This document shows, piece after piece, positions 35,695-45,501 of a stretch of DNA of 64,000 nt. The notes under the pieces were generated by a model that worked only from the letters and a program-made list of their open reading frames with translations, made no database searches and was not told the origin of the DNA. The position numbers were made by a program, and so were the translations under genes. Numbering within the stretch: position 1 is the first letter of the stretch; each line of letters begins with the position of its first letter. This DNA comes from a bacterium (GTDB taxonomy: Bacteria > Planctomycetota > UBA1135 > UBA2386): the NCBI GenBank assembly GCA_024743115.1, contig JANSXC010000001.1, positions 117,628-181,627 on the forward strand. The letters run 5' to 3'.

Positions 35695-38196
35695 CTACCT
35701 GGGACGGTCGTAGACTCGCTTGGACTGAGCTTGCAGGAGGCGCCGAAGGCCGGCGATGACCGCGCGTGCGAACTCGGGGTCCGACTGGAGCTGAGGGTGG
35801 TCGAGAAGCGACGCGACGGAGTCGATAACCATTCCCGATAGCGGTCGCGCAGCTGCCGTGTCGATCACCCACTCGACGAATCGCGGGTTTCGCTCCGTCG
35901 CGAACTGAGCGAGGGTCGCGCGCATCCTGAGTGCTTCGTGCGTCTCGAGGTCGTCAGGTGGGATCGCCGTTTGACCGTTGTCGCAGATTGCGAGGACTCG
36001 ATCCGAGGCCTGCTGAGCGAGTTTCTTCTCGTTGCGACTGATGTGATACAGGCAGCGCTCGATCTCGATGTTGCAGTGCACGAGCAGGCGCTGGGAGTCG
36101 GATATCAGGTCGCCTTCACCGAGTTCCTCGAGTTTGGCGATCGCGTCGTCGAATCGCGTGAGCAGCTTCAGGGATTCGGCCTGATTGAGTGCGGCGTTGA
36201 GATTCCAGGGGCGCAGTCGGCTGGCTTCTTCGAGGACTTCGATGCTGTTCTCGAAACGTGCCAGCCGACGATAGGTCAGTCCGAGGTTGTTGAGCGTTCC
36301 GAATGCTTCGGGCTGCAGTTCACGCGAACGCTCGAGATCGAGCAATGCCGCCTCGTTGTCGCCCATTGCAAACAGTGCGCTGCCGCGCACGTACGTCGTG
36401 CGCGCGGTCGCGCCACCGAGGAGCTCCTCGAGTTCCGAGCACTCGCGGCACAGCGCGGGCAGGATCCGCTCCCCGGCGTCGGGCTCCTGCTTGTCCGTCG
36501 TGCCGAGGGCAAGCTGCACGCCGAGGCGCAGGTAGCGCGCGGGCAAGAATCCGGTCGCCTCGGCGAGCCACGCGTCCGCCGCGGGATAGTCGCCGAGCCG
36601 CCGCGCGTGAAACCCCGCGACGAAGCGATCGAGGTCGGAGGCCGGCGTCGGCAGGTTCTCGAGATCGAGATCGCCGACGCCGACGCCAGCCTCGGGAAAC
36701 GCGCGATACCGCGCGACGAGCTCGGTCAGGTAGGCGCTCTGGTTGCTCGCGGTCGCGGCGATCGCGACCATGTCGGCCAGAGCAGCCGCTTCTTCCCCCT
36801 GATCCTGAAGCAGGGCGCATCGCAGGATGCGCGAATAGATGTCTTCGGGCTGCAGTTCGAGCAGCGTGTCGAATCGGGCGATGTAGTCCGCGCGTTCTTC
36901 GCGGTCCATCTGCGGTCGCCGGGCGACGCTGCCTTCCACCGCGATCGACGGCGGCAACGCGGCGCGCAGTCGCGCGTGCACCGCGCGGTTGCTCGCTTCG
37001 ATCTCGCGCCACGCGGCGGGGATCGCGAGCGCGAGCACGATCGTCGCGATCGCCATGCCGGCGACGAAGTAGATCGGCCGCCGGCTCATGTGCCGCCACG
37101 CCCGGGTCCAGCGCGTGATCGGCCGCGCCTTCACCGGCAGGTGCGCGAGGAACGCGCGCAGGTCGGCCTCGAGCTCGACCATGTCGGCGTAGCGCCGTTC
37201 GGGCTTGCGTTCGAGACCCTGTTCGATGATCGCGCAGAGGTCGAGTGGCAGGTCCTTGTCGATGCTGCGCAGCGGTGCGGGATCCTCGCGCTGGATGCGC
37301 TGAAGCACCTCGATCGAATCCCCTTCGTAGGGCGGCCGCAGCGCGACGAGGTGGTAGAGCGTCGCGCAGACGCCGTAGACGTCCATTGCGGGGGTCGCGC
37401 CGATGTCGCGGCGGACCTGCTCCGGCGCCATGTAGGCGGGCGTGCCGAGCGCGCTGCCCTTGGTCGTCATCGAGGCATCGCCGCTGCGCGCCGCGATGCC
37501 GAAGTCGAGCAGCACGACGCGACCGTCGACGGTGAGGAAGATATTGGACGGTTTGACGTCGCGATGGCACACGCCGGCCGCGTGGGCCGTGTGTAGCGCA
37601 GTGACGACCTCGAGCATCCAGAGCACGACCTGCGGGATGTAGTCCGCGGCCGCTACGGGCAGTCCGAGCTCCTCCTCGATCCAGCGCACGGGCGGCAGGC
37701 CGCCCGGTTCCGGTGTGTGTGTCGGGCTGACGACGCTCGCGAGCGAACCGCCCTGCAGCCGTTCCATGACGAGGTAGTGCAGGCCGTGATCGGTCTTGCC
37801 CTGGTCGTGGATCGGAACGATGTTCGGGTGGTTGAGCGTTGCGAGCGTGCGCGCCTCACGCAGGAAGCGTTCGCGACGCTTGCCCTGGCCGAACGCGCCG
37901 GGCGGGAGCACTTTGACCGCGACGGTGCGGCCCAGCGAGTTGTCGCGCGCTTCGTAGACCGCACCCATCGCGCCGATGCCGATGCATCGCCGCAGCGAGT
38001 AACGCTCGTTGAGCACCTGGCCGACGAGGCCGTCGTCGACGGTCGAAGTCACGAGCGGATCGAGTGCCAGCGTCTCACGCACCTCGTCGATGAGGTCGGG
38101 AGAATTCTTGCACAGCTCTTCGAGGTCGACGGGCTTGCCCGCCTCCTGCAGCGCGATCGCCCGTTCGACGATCGATAGCAATCGATCCTGAGTCAT
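35695..38196 (-). CDS. Ser/Thr protein kinase with TM helix and C-terminal TPR region - kinase D
   Basis: Track ORF 35695-38379, started at the ATG at 38196 (MTQDRLLSIVERAIALQEAGKPVDLEELCKNSPDL...). Kinase motifs: GIGAMGAVYEARD, VAVKVL, HRDVKPSNIFL, DFGIAARS, GTPAYMAPEQ. TM helix: IYFVAGMAIATIVLALAIPAAW. TPR example: NNLGLTYRRLARFENSIEVLEEASRLRPWN. Confidence 0.85.
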   Translation of the reverse strand: MTQDRLLSIVERAIALQEAGKPVDLEELCKNSPDLIDEVRETLALDPLVTSTVDDGLVGQVLNERYSLRRCIGIGAMGAVYEARDNSLGRTVAVKVLPPGAFGQGKRRERFLREARTLATLNHPNIVPIHDQGKTDHGLHYLVMERLQGGSLASVVSPTHTPEPGGLPPVRWIEEELGLPVAAADYIPQVVLWMLEVVTALHTAHAAGVCHRDVKPSNIFLTVDGRVVLLDFGIAARSGDASMTTKGSALGTPAYMAPEQVRRDIGATPAMDVYGVCATLYHLVALRPPYEGDSIEVLQRIQREDPAPLRSIDKDLPLDLCAIIEQGLERKPERRYADMVELEADLRAFLAHLPVKARPITRWTRAWRHMSRRPIYFVAGMAIATIVLALAIPAAWREIEASNRAVHARLRAALPPSIAVEGSVARRPQMDREERADYIARFDTLLELQPEDIYSRILRCALLQDQGEEAAALADMVAIAATASNQSAYLTELVARYRAFPEAGVGVGDLDLENLPTPASDLDRFVAGFHARRLGDYPAADAWLAEATGFLPARYLRLGVQLALGTTDKQEPDAGERILPALCRECSELEELLGGATARTTYVRGSALFAMGDNEAALLDLERSRELQPEAFGTLNNLGLTYRRLARFENSIEVLEEASRLRPWNLNAALNQAESLKLLTRFDDAIAKLEELGEGDLISDSQRLLVHCNIEIERCLYHISRNEKKLAQQASDRVLAICDNGQTAIPPDDLETHEALRMRATLAQFATERNPRFVEWVIDTAAARPLSGMVIDSVASLLDHPQLQSDPEFARAVIAGLRRLLQAQSKRVYDRPR

Positions 38197-38212
38197 GGTC
38201 GAGTCGGTCCTG

Positions 38213-38911
38213 TCAGTCGAGCGAGCGAGTGCGGCCGAACCCGCGGCGCCGCATCGCGACGAGCACGCGAGCCTTGGTTTCGTTGTAGGCCTGGCGCGCG
38301 ACGTCGGCGCTGGCGTAGCCGAGCTCCTCGGCGATCTCGGCGAACGGCAGATGGTCGAGCGACCGCAGTTCCCAGACACGGCGTTGTTTCGTGGTCAGCG
38401 TGCGGACGACACTGCGCAGCGCGTCGAACTGTTCGCGCTGTGCCGCGTCGTGCGATGGCGTCGCGTCGGGCGCGGCCTTGCTCAGCGCCTCGAGCTCCGC
38501 GGACTCGGACTTCTTCGCGAGCCGCGCGTCGCGGATGCCGGCCTGGTGGTGGCGCATCGTGTCGAGGATCTGGTTCTCGACTGCCGTCGCGAGGTAGCCG
38601 ATGAACGCCTCCTCCGTCGTGCTCTGCACGTTCTTCACCGAGCCGAGCACGCGCAAGAACACGCCCTGGACGACGTCGCCCGTGCTGAACGCCGACGACA
38701 TCCAGCCGTGGCTGCGGCGGAAATCGAGGCGCAGTCGGTTCTGCACGAGGCCGCGGACGCGGGCGTAGTAGCGCTCCGCGATCTGCTCCAGCATGCGCTC
38801 GTCCCCCGCGCGTACAGCCGCGAGCGCCGCGCCGAGATCAAAGTCGTCGGCTGGCAGGGGAGAGCGAGGTGCCATTGTCGGGAGCATAGCTGTAGTAGAG
38901 GTTTGTGACAT
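38213..38911 (-). CDS. ECF sigma factor - sigma D
   Basis: Track ORF 38213-38998. Candidate ATG starts are 38911 (MSQTS...), 38887 and 38875. Region 2: DVVQGVFLRVLGSV...FIGYLATAVENQILDTMRHH. Region 4: KQRRVWELRSLDHLPFAEIAEELGYASADVARQAYNETKARV. Kinase D starts 16 nt downstream. Confidence 0.8.
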   Translation of the reverse strand: MSQTSTTAMLPTMAPRSPLPADDFDLGAALAAVRAGDERMLEQIAERYYARVRGLVQNRLRLDFRRSHGWMSSAFSTGDVVQGVFLRVLGSVKNVQSTTEEAFIGYLATAVENQILDTMRHHQAGIRDARLAKKSESAELEALSKAAPDATPSHDAAQREQFDALRSVVRTLTTKQRRVWELRSLDHLPFAEIAEELGYASADVARQAYNETKARVLVAMRRRGFGRTRSLD

Positions 38912-39132
38912 CTGGGGCCCTACGGAGGAGGCCGCCAGAACGCCCCCAGGGGCGAAGTTCGGCGCCGGACCGGAGGTGGAAATCCGACGTTTTCTCATCC
39001 CGATCGTGCGGGGGAATCTCGGGAAAGCGGCCTTCGCTCGGCGGCGGTCCTGGCGCCGTTCGTGGTGCGCGAGCGGTGGTTCGGACGGTTCGAGCCCGCC
39101 GCGATCGCGCGTTTCTGATCACAGGAAGAACG

Positions 39133-39489
39133 ATGATTTCCAAGTTCGCCATGGCCGGTCTCGGCCTTCTCGCCGCCGCTTCGATCGCCTGCGTCGGTAT
39201 TCAGTCCAAGTACGAAGTCCTGCCGAGCGACCTCGGCGGCACCGTCGCCGAAGTCGGCGGCGTCAACTGGGCGGGTCGCACGATCTTCGAGTTCGAGCCG
39301 CAGATCGGCCTCGGCGGTTTCTCGTTCGGCAACAGCGGCCAGATGTCGAAGGCCCAGACCGACAACTCGGTTGCGTCGTTCGGCAGCTACGGCGTGACGC
39401 ACGTGCTCGTACCGCGGCCCGGCAACACGTGGGGCAGCTGGGTGCAGTCGCCCGTCGGCAGCAACGACATGAGCTACTTCAGCTACTGA
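39133..39489 (+). CDS. Small secreted protein (118 aa), possible lipoprotein
   Basis: This is the 3' part of track ORF 38905-39489. The ATG at 39133 is preceded by AGGAAG. Signal peptide: MISKFAMAGLGLLAAASIAC. The mature part is Gly/Ser-rich and ends in aromatic ...MSYFSY. Confidence 0.5.
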   Translation: MISKFAMAGLGLLAAASIACVGIQSKYEVLPSDLGGTVAEVGGVNWAGRTIFEFEPQIGLGGFSFGNSGQMSKAQTDNSVASFGSYGVTHVLVPRPGNTWGSWVQSPVGSNDMSYFSY

Positions 39490-39567
39490 GTTCGTCACGG
39501 CGACGCGGCGTGTCGCTCGCTCGCGAGCGGCATGCTGCGGCGCCGCAGTCGATGACGGAGAGCGGAG

Positions 39568-40005
39568 ATGAAGAAGAACGGCACGTTCCTGGTCGCGATG
39601 ACCTTTGTTGCTGCCACCGCCGTGGCGCTGCTCTGGACGCAGCGAGCCAACGCCGGCGTGGCGCAAGATCCGCAGTCCGCCGGGGCACCGGTCGTGCGGC
39701 AGTCGAAAGCCAACTCGGACACCTGGCACTTCGGGGTCGTGGACGGCTGTTTTCATAGCGTGTGGGTGGGGCCACGGCTCGAGGACGCGGCAGCGGGTCC
39801 GTTCCGGTTCGTGAACCTGACGTTCCACGACTTCTCGGTCGCGGACTGCTCCGGTGTCTGGGCCGCGATCGTGCGACCCGACGGGCGCGAACCGATCGCG
39901 GTCGACAGTGGGGCGGTCAAGATCGCGGTGCTGCCCGCCGTGGGGCTCACGTGGGGTGAGGTCGACGAGCGCACGGACCTCGCCGTCGACCTGCGGCGCT
40001 ACTGA
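39568..40005 (+). CDS. Small secreted protein (145 aa), unknown function
   Basis: The ATG at 39568 is preceded by GGAGAGCGGAG. Signal peptide: MKKNGTFLVAMTFVAATAVALLWTQRANA. No family recognised. Confidence 0.5.
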   Translation: MKKNGTFLVAMTFVAATAVALLWTQRANAGVAQDPQSAGAPVVRQSKANSDTWHFGVVDGCFHSVWVGPRLEDAAAGPFRFVNLTFHDFSVADCSGVWAAIVRPDGREPIAVDSGAVKIAVLPAVGLTWGEVDERTDLAVDLRRY

Positions 40006-40009
40006 CCGA

Positions 40010-42745
40010 TCACCAGCCGATTCGCTTCTCGAGCACGTTGCTCTGCGAGAAGCCCGACGGGCCCGCTGGGTCGACGACGAACGTCTGCGCGTAGAACGTC
40101 AGGCCCGCGAACAACGGCATGATGAAGCTGGGCAGCGTGTTGAGCGCGGCCGCCTGGCCCTGACCGTTCGTCGTGACCGGCCACCAGACGACGAGCATGA
40201 TGTTCGGATCGATCCGCAGGGTGTGGCCGGGCAGGGGCGTGTCGACGAGCTCGGCCTGGCCCAGGGACAGACCGAACAGCGCTAGCGTGGGGCCGGGAAC
40301 GTTCGAGAGCCGCATGACGTCGGTCTCGCCGACGCGGTAGGGGCCGGTGCCGCCGAGGATCGGGATCGCGCCGGCTTCACCCGCGACGCCTTCGAAGTGC
40401 TGCATGCGCCGGCCGCCGCGAATGCCGTGGTAGCGACCGCCGTGCACCGCGTGTTCCCCCATGAGGTCGAGGTCGCCGTCACCATCGACGTCGCACGCGA
40501 ACCCGTCGACGAGCGTCTGGTGCACGACTTCGAAGTTGGCGAGCGACAGCGGCCAGGTCCAGCCGGTGCGGCGCAGCAGCGCCCCGACGTTGGGCTCGTC
40601 GACCAGGCGGCCGAGGACGAGATCGGTGCGGCCGTCGGCATCGAAGTCACCGGTTGTCAGTGTCGCGCGCACCGCCGAGGCCTGCTGCGTGTGATGGATC
40701 TCGATCGCCAGCCCGGTCAGCGTGCTGATCGCGAACTGCGGCGACTGGCCCGCCGTCGTGTTGTCGTAGACGACGATCTCGCCCGTGAAGTTCGGGCGGG
40801 CGATGTCGACGTCGCCGTCGTCGTCGAGATCGGTCAGCACCGTTGCCGCGGGTTCGAACGGCATGGGCAGACTCGTCCAGGCTTGCGTGAACGGCGTGCC
40901 GGGCTGGCTGCTGCCGAGGTAGATGTGCGTTGCGAGAATCGTCGACGTGAGCAGGTCGGGGCGGCCATCGCCGTTGAAGTCGGAGACCCCGTCGATGCGT
41001 CCGCCCGTCGTCGCGGAGAACGTCGGCCCCGCGGCGAAGGTGCCGTTCTGGTTCCAGAAGATCGCGCTCGCGTAGCCCTGGCCGGCGGCGGGATTGCTGG
41101 TCCAAATCACGTCCTCGTCGCCGTCGCCGTCACAATCGACATTGCGGAAGCTGTCGGCCGTGGTCACGCCCGTGCCCATCTCCAGTCCCGCGGGGCCGAC
41201 CTGGCCGACGACGTGGTAGCGGCCGCCGCCGTTGTTGCGTAGCCAAACCATGTGCTGGAACGTGGACGGGAAGGGGCCGTTGAGCTGGTAGAGCCCGACC
41301 ACGCGGTCGCGCACGCCGTCGCTGTCGACGTCGATCTCGATGTGGCCGCCGTAGCGATAGCCGGTCGGTGCCGTGATGGTCTGGTTCACATACTTCACGG
41401 AACCGTCGCCGAGGTTGCGGCCATGGAAATCGAGGTCGCCGTCGCGGTCGACGTCGTGCAGCTGCCACGGCCGGCCGACGATCATCACGTCCTTGCCGCC
41501 TGCGTTCGGCATCGGGTCATCGATCCAAGGACCACGGCCGTAGAACACGCAGCGGCCGGCCACGAAATCGACATCGCCGTCACCATCGATGTCCGCGGCT
41601 CCCGCGAGGCTCTCGGAACCGGCACCCGGGAAGCTCCAGGCGCGCGCGAAGTCACCGGCACCGCGATTGACCGCGATCTCGAACGTCGACGCGAAGTCGA
41701 GTTCGGGCCACTGGTAGTTCGTGCCGCCGCCGCCACCGCCGCAACAGACGCCGTCGAGGTCGCCGTCATCGTCGATGTCGGCAAGGTACTCGGCCGGACC
41801 GCCGATCGCCTGCGGTTCGACCGTGAACGTCGCGGGGCCCGTGCGCCGGAAGATCTCGTAGCGCGGCACACCGTTGGTGCCGAGTTCGGGGCGGAACACG
41901 ACGAGATCGTCGTCGAGGTCGCCGTCGAGGTCGCCGCCGGTCCAAAGCCATGGGGTGTTGCCGTTGTAGGTCAGCGACGACGTCAGCGTCTGCTGCAGCA
42001 CGAGTTGGTTGCCACTCACGCGGTAGATCCACGCATTGGGTGAGGAGCGGTCACTCACGAGGACCTCGTCGCCGGGTTGGCCGTCGAGTTCGAGGACCGT
42101 GACGTGCGGAGTGACCAGCGGGTTGTTGACGATCGGCGCGTTGAGGAGGCCGCCCGTCGAACGATGCAGGTCGAGCTGGATCACGCCGAGGTAGTCGATG
42201 TACGCGAACGCGACGTCGGGCAGGTTGTCGCCATCGAAATCGCCGGTGCCGACCGTGTGGCCGTACGGAATGCCGGTCAGGCTGCGCGTCGTCGTCGCGA
42301 ACGTGAAACCGGGCCCGGCCACGTAGCGCACCGTACCCATGCCGCCCGCGACCACGAAATCGTCGCGGCCATCAGCGTTGAAGTCCGCGACCGCGATCGC
42401 GAACGAGCGCGGTGCCGGGCCGCCGATCGGGTACAGCTGGTGCGCGCCGCTCCAGACCGGCGTGAACGCACCGCCGACGTTCTCCCAGACGACGATCTCG
42501 GTCTGGTTGCGAGCCTGGTGAACCCGCGAGCCGACCGCGTCGAGATCGCCATCGCCGTCGAAGTCGCCGAGCCGCTGGAACGGCGCACTGCTCACCGGCA
42601 GGACCGCGACGGGCGCGTGCAGTGTGGCTGCGGACTGCTGCGCGGCGAGCGGCGCCGCGAGGCTCGCCAAAGCAGTGAGGCTTGCCAGTACGGTGAGGCC
42701 GGCGGGCGTGAGCGAGGGGCGCGGTCGCGGTTGACGGAACGGCAT
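40010..42745 (-). CDS. Secreted FG-GAP/VCBS-repeat protein carrying the shared C-terminal module
   Basis: Track ORF 40010-42988, started at the ATG at 42745 (MPFRQPRPRPSLTPAGLTVLASLTALASLAAPLAAQ). It has about 13 Ca-binding-type repeats, including GDFDGDGDLD, ADFNADGRDD, GDFDGDNLPD, ADIDDDGDLD, ADIDGDGDVD, HDVDRDGDLD, VDCDGDGDED, SDFNGDGRPD, TDLDDDGDVD, GDFDADGRTD and CDVDGDGDLD. The last ~129 aa (nt ~40010-40399) are the shared module. Confidence 0.85.
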   Translation of the reverse strand: MPFRQPRPRPSLTPAGLTVLASLTALASLAAPLAAQQSAATLHAPVAVLPVSSAPFQRLGDFDGDGDLDAVGSRVHQARNQTEIVVWENVGGAFTPVWSGAHQLYPIGGPAPRSFAIAVADFNADGRDDFVVAGGMGTVRYVAGPGFTFATTTRSLTGIPYGHTVGTGDFDGDNLPDVAFAYIDYLGVIQLDLHRSTGGLLNAPIVNNPLVTPHVTVLELDGQPGDEVLVSDRSSPNAWIYRVSGNQLVLQQTLTSSLTYNGNTPWLWTGGDLDGDLDDDLVVFRPELGTNGVPRYEIFRRTGPATFTVEPQAIGGPAEYLADIDDDGDLDGVCCGGGGGGTNYQWPELDFASTFEIAVNRGAGDFARAWSFPGAGSESLAGAADIDGDGDVDFVAGRCVFYGRGPWIDDPMPNAGGKDVMIVGRPWQLHDVDRDGDLDFHGRNLGDGSVKYVNQTITAPTGYRYGGHIEIDVDSDGVRDRVVGLYQLNGPFPSTFQHMVWLRNNGGGRYHVVGQVGPAGLEMGTGVTTADSFRNVDCDGDGDEDVIWTSNPAAGQGYASAIFWNQNGTFAAGPTFSATTGGRIDGVSDFNGDGRPDLLTSTILATHIYLGSSQPGTPFTQAWTSLPMPFEPAATVLTDLDDDGDVDIARPNFTGEIVVYDNTTAGQSPQFAISTLTGLAIEIHHTQQASAVRATLTTGDFDADGRTDLVLGRLVDEPNVGALLRRTGWTWPLSLANFEVVHQTLVDGFACDVDGDGDLDLMGEHAVHGGRYHGIRGGRRMQHFEGVAGEAGAIPILGGTGPYRVGETDVMRLSNVPGPTLALFGLSLGQAELVDTPLPGHTLRIDPNIMLVVWWPVTTNGQGQAAALNTLPSFIMPLFAGLTFYAQTFVVDPAGPSGFSQSNVLEKRIGW

Positions 42746-42988
42746 GGCGGTCTCCAGGTCGACGGGAGGTGGGCTGCTCGGCAGCGCTGGTTCTGCGAGG
42801 CCTCGCGGGGCAGCAATTGTCGGGCCAGGGCGCGTTCTCGACCAGCCCATGCGGCCGCGCCGTTCGCCGCGCCGCGCCAGCCCCAGCACGCTGTCGGATA
42901 CCCGGCGGCGAGCTGACGGTTCGGCGTCGGACCCGACGCTGTCGCCCGGCCGAGTTCGGTCGTAGAGTGCGCCACGGGAGTCACGCAC

Positions 42989-43888
42989 TTGACCGAAACC
43001 GATACGTCAAAAACGGGCAGCGCATTCGACGTCGAATTGTTGGGGCGGATCACGGGCCGCCCGATCCAGACGGTCGCGGACCTGATCGATCTGGAGGAGC
43101 ACCTGACCAGCGAGCCCGGCGATCCGAATGCGCCGCGCTGGTGCTTCCGCGGCCAGCCGCAGGTGTACGGCAACCTGACGCCCTCGTTTCAGCGGCAGTT
43201 CCAACGCGAGGCGATCGGCGCCGCGGAGATCATCGAACGGCGGCTCGTGGAGGCGTTTCGGGAGCACTACGGCCAGCTCGGTGATCGCAGCCGGGAGATG
43301 CCGCATCCCCCGCGGATCGACGATCGCTTCACGCTGCGTTGCCTGAGCGTGATGCAGCACTACGAGATCCCGACGCGGCTACTCGACTGGAGCTCTTCGT
43401 TCTGGACGTCGGTCTACTTCGCGTGCGCGAGCCACGAGCGGGACGAAGCGGAGTTCTGGTTCTACGACCGCCGGATCTTCGACTCCCAGGTGAACAGCCT
43501 CGACTACTCCAGTCTGCTGTCGGATTCGATGAACCCGGCCGAGGAACCGCAGATTCTCGGAGCCCGCAGCGAGTGCCTCGTGCTCGAACTCGATCCCAAG
43601 ATCACGCCGCGCATGGTCGAGCAGGACGCGCACCACACGGTGGCGACGGATGTCTTCTCCGACCACGCGCCGCTGCTGTATCAGCGGCGTCGCGAGTTTC
43701 ACGAGATGTGGGCGGATGCCGAGCCCGCGTTCCAGCGACGCAAGATCGACGGCGCCTGCAAGGGCAAGGCGCTGCAGTTCCTCGCCGAAGAGAAGAACAT
43801 CACCGCGAGCACGATCTTCCCCGACGTGGTCGGGCTGGGCCGGTTCCTGCGCTGGCAGTTCGATTCGCTGCGTACGATGCTGCTCTGA
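42989..43888 (+). CDS. FRG-domain protein (function unknown)
   Basis: 299-aa ORF with a TTG start. Motifs: WCFRGQPQVYGNLTPSFQR and SVMQHYEIPTRLLDWSSSFWTSVYFA, matching the FRG-domain signature (FRG ... QHYGxPTRLLDW). There is no signal peptide. Confidence 0.75.
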   Translation: MTETDTSKTGSAFDVELLGRITGRPIQTVADLIDLEEHLTSEPGDPNAPRWCFRGQPQVYGNLTPSFQRQFQREAIGAAEIIERRLVEAFREHYGQLGDRSREMPHPPRIDDRFTLRCLSVMQHYEIPTRLLDWSSSFWTSVYFACASHERDEAEFWFYDRRIFDSQVNSLDYSSLLSDSMNPAEEPQILGARSECLVLELDPKITPRMVEQDAHHTVATDVFSDHAPLLYQRRREFHEMWADAEPAFQRRKIDGACKGKALQFLAEEKNITASTIFPDVVGLGRFLRWQFDSLRTMLL

Positions 43889-43917
43889 GCCCGCGCGCTG
43901 GCGGTGGCGGCGCTGGC

Positions 43918-45426
43918 TCAGCGGACGAACAGCATCGCCAGCCGTTCGCGTTCTGCGGCGTCGATCACGGGGATACGCGCCTTCACCCGTACGGCCGCTC
44001 CGTCGTTGGTGAGTTCTGCCGTGAGCAGCGCCTTGGCCAGTGCCAGTGCGCCTTCGTCCTCGCGCAGTTCCCAGGGTAGGCACGCTGCGGGCGCGATCGT
44101 TGCGAGTATGCCCTCCAGTAGCGGGCACAGTTCGGCCGCGTCCTCTTCGTCGCGTGCCATGACTTCCCCCGCGATTTGCGCGCCCTTGGTGTCGAAGGTC
44201 ACGCGCAGTTCGGCGCCGAGGATCGTCGGCAGCTGAGCGAAGCGCAGGAACGGCCACAGCTTCGATTGGCGCGGGACGACGACGTGGATCGCAGCAGCGC
44301 GGTCGCGCAGCAGTTCGGCGCCGCGCTCCGGACGCGGCTTGCCCGCGCCCATGCCCGAGGTCGCGAGTAACCCGTGTTCGGAGAACTCGATGTCGCCGTT
44401 GAGAAGCTTCGGGCGGCGCTTCTGCTGTCGTTCGGTGGCCTCGCCGATCTCGCGCTGGTGCGGTTCGATCTCGCCCGCGGCCTGCCACGTGATCGCGAAC
44501 GGGTTGACCTCGTCGGCCCGGCCCTGAACCACGATACATGAGTGATCGAAGCGGGCGTTGCCGTAGCGGTGGACGAAGGCGAACGGCAGCTCACTACCGG
44601 CGTCGCTGAGGATCTGCGCGCCGTTCTTCTGTGCCGGCGACAGCGTGCCGCCTGCCTGCAGGATTCGCCGCGCCATCGAGACGGCCGCGAACCTGCGGCT
44701 CAGTGGTGCGAGCCACGTCATGTCAGGCAGTCGCGAGTGATCCACGACGATCGCGGCGTCGAAGTTGAGCGGCAGTCGCAGCGTCGTCGCGTCGAGGCGA
44801 CGGCGAACGCGCGTCGTCGGCTTGCCGCGAAGGCTGGCAACCGCCTGTCGGGCCCGGGTGCGCAGTGTCGGTGGCGCGGCTTGGATGCCCTCGATCGCCA
44901 GGCATTCGGCGATGGCCCCCCGCACGCCGCGGCGCTCGAGCGTGCTGATCGCGAGTTCGATGTCGAGCAGGCGCGCACGATCCCGGTCCGACTCTGGCTC
45001 GAGCTCGGCGATCCCGGGCAACGCGCGAGCGAGGAACTGGCGCAGGCCCATGTCCGACGCGTCGATGCCGAGCGCCGCGAAGTGGAATCTCGCGTCGGTC
45101 ATCGCGAGCAGATCACCCGGACCGTGACAGAGCAGCATCGCGAGACCGCGCCTGCCGTGTTTGCGGTAGTCGTGCACGAAGCCGTCCGCGAATAGCGGCA
45201 CGAAGTGGTCGTGGCCCGGGATCTCTTCGCCGGTGCGCGCGATGTTCCAGACTTCGAGCTGGCCGTCGCGGCCGCGCCGCCAGCGGGACTCCTGGAACAC
45301 GCCGCCTGCTTCGACGCGCGCAGCGACCTGGACCGCGGGTTCGAGCCAGGGCGGGTCGGGGCCGTCACCGTCCTGGGCCCGCGTAGGAGCTGCGAGGATC
45401 AGAAGTGCGATGGCGACCGTTCTCAT
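43918..45426 (-). CDS. Hypothetical secreted protein (502 aa)
   Basis: This is the 3' part of track ORF 43918-47301, started at the ATG at 45426 (MRTVAIALLILAAPTRAQ signal peptide). The upstream 625 codons of the track ORF are antisense to kinase E and Arg-rich. No family recognised. The gene is divergent from kinase E with a 75-nt gap. Confidence 0.6.
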   Translation of the reverse strand: MRTVAIALLILAAPTRAQDGDGPDPPWLEPAVQVAARVEAGGVFQESRWRRGRDGQLEVWNIARTGEEIPGHDHFVPLFADGFVHDYRKHGRRGLAMLLCHGPGDLLAMTDARFHFAALGIDASDMGLRQFLARALPGIAELEPESDRDRARLLDIELAISTLERRGVRGAIAECLAIEGIQAAPPTLRTRARQAVASLRGKPTTRVRRRLDATTLRLPLNFDAAIVVDHSRLPDMTWLAPLSRRFAAVSMARRILQAGGTLSPAQKNGAQILSDAGSELPFAFVHRYGNARFDHSCIVVQGRADEVNPFAITWQAAGEIEPHQREIGEATERQQKRRPKLLNGDIEFSEHGLLATSGMGAGKPRPERGAELLRDRAAAIHVVVPRQSKLWPFLRFAQLPTILGAELRVTFDTKGAQIAGEVMARDEEDAAELCPLLEGILATIAPAACLPWELREDEGALALAKALLTAELTNDGAAVRVKARIPVIDAAERERLAMLFVR

Positions 45427-45501
45427 CGGGCGCCAGTCTACCGATCCGATGACCGGCGGTTGGCACTTGTCCTGCCCGACCCGCCTTTGCACTGTGGCGG
45501 T

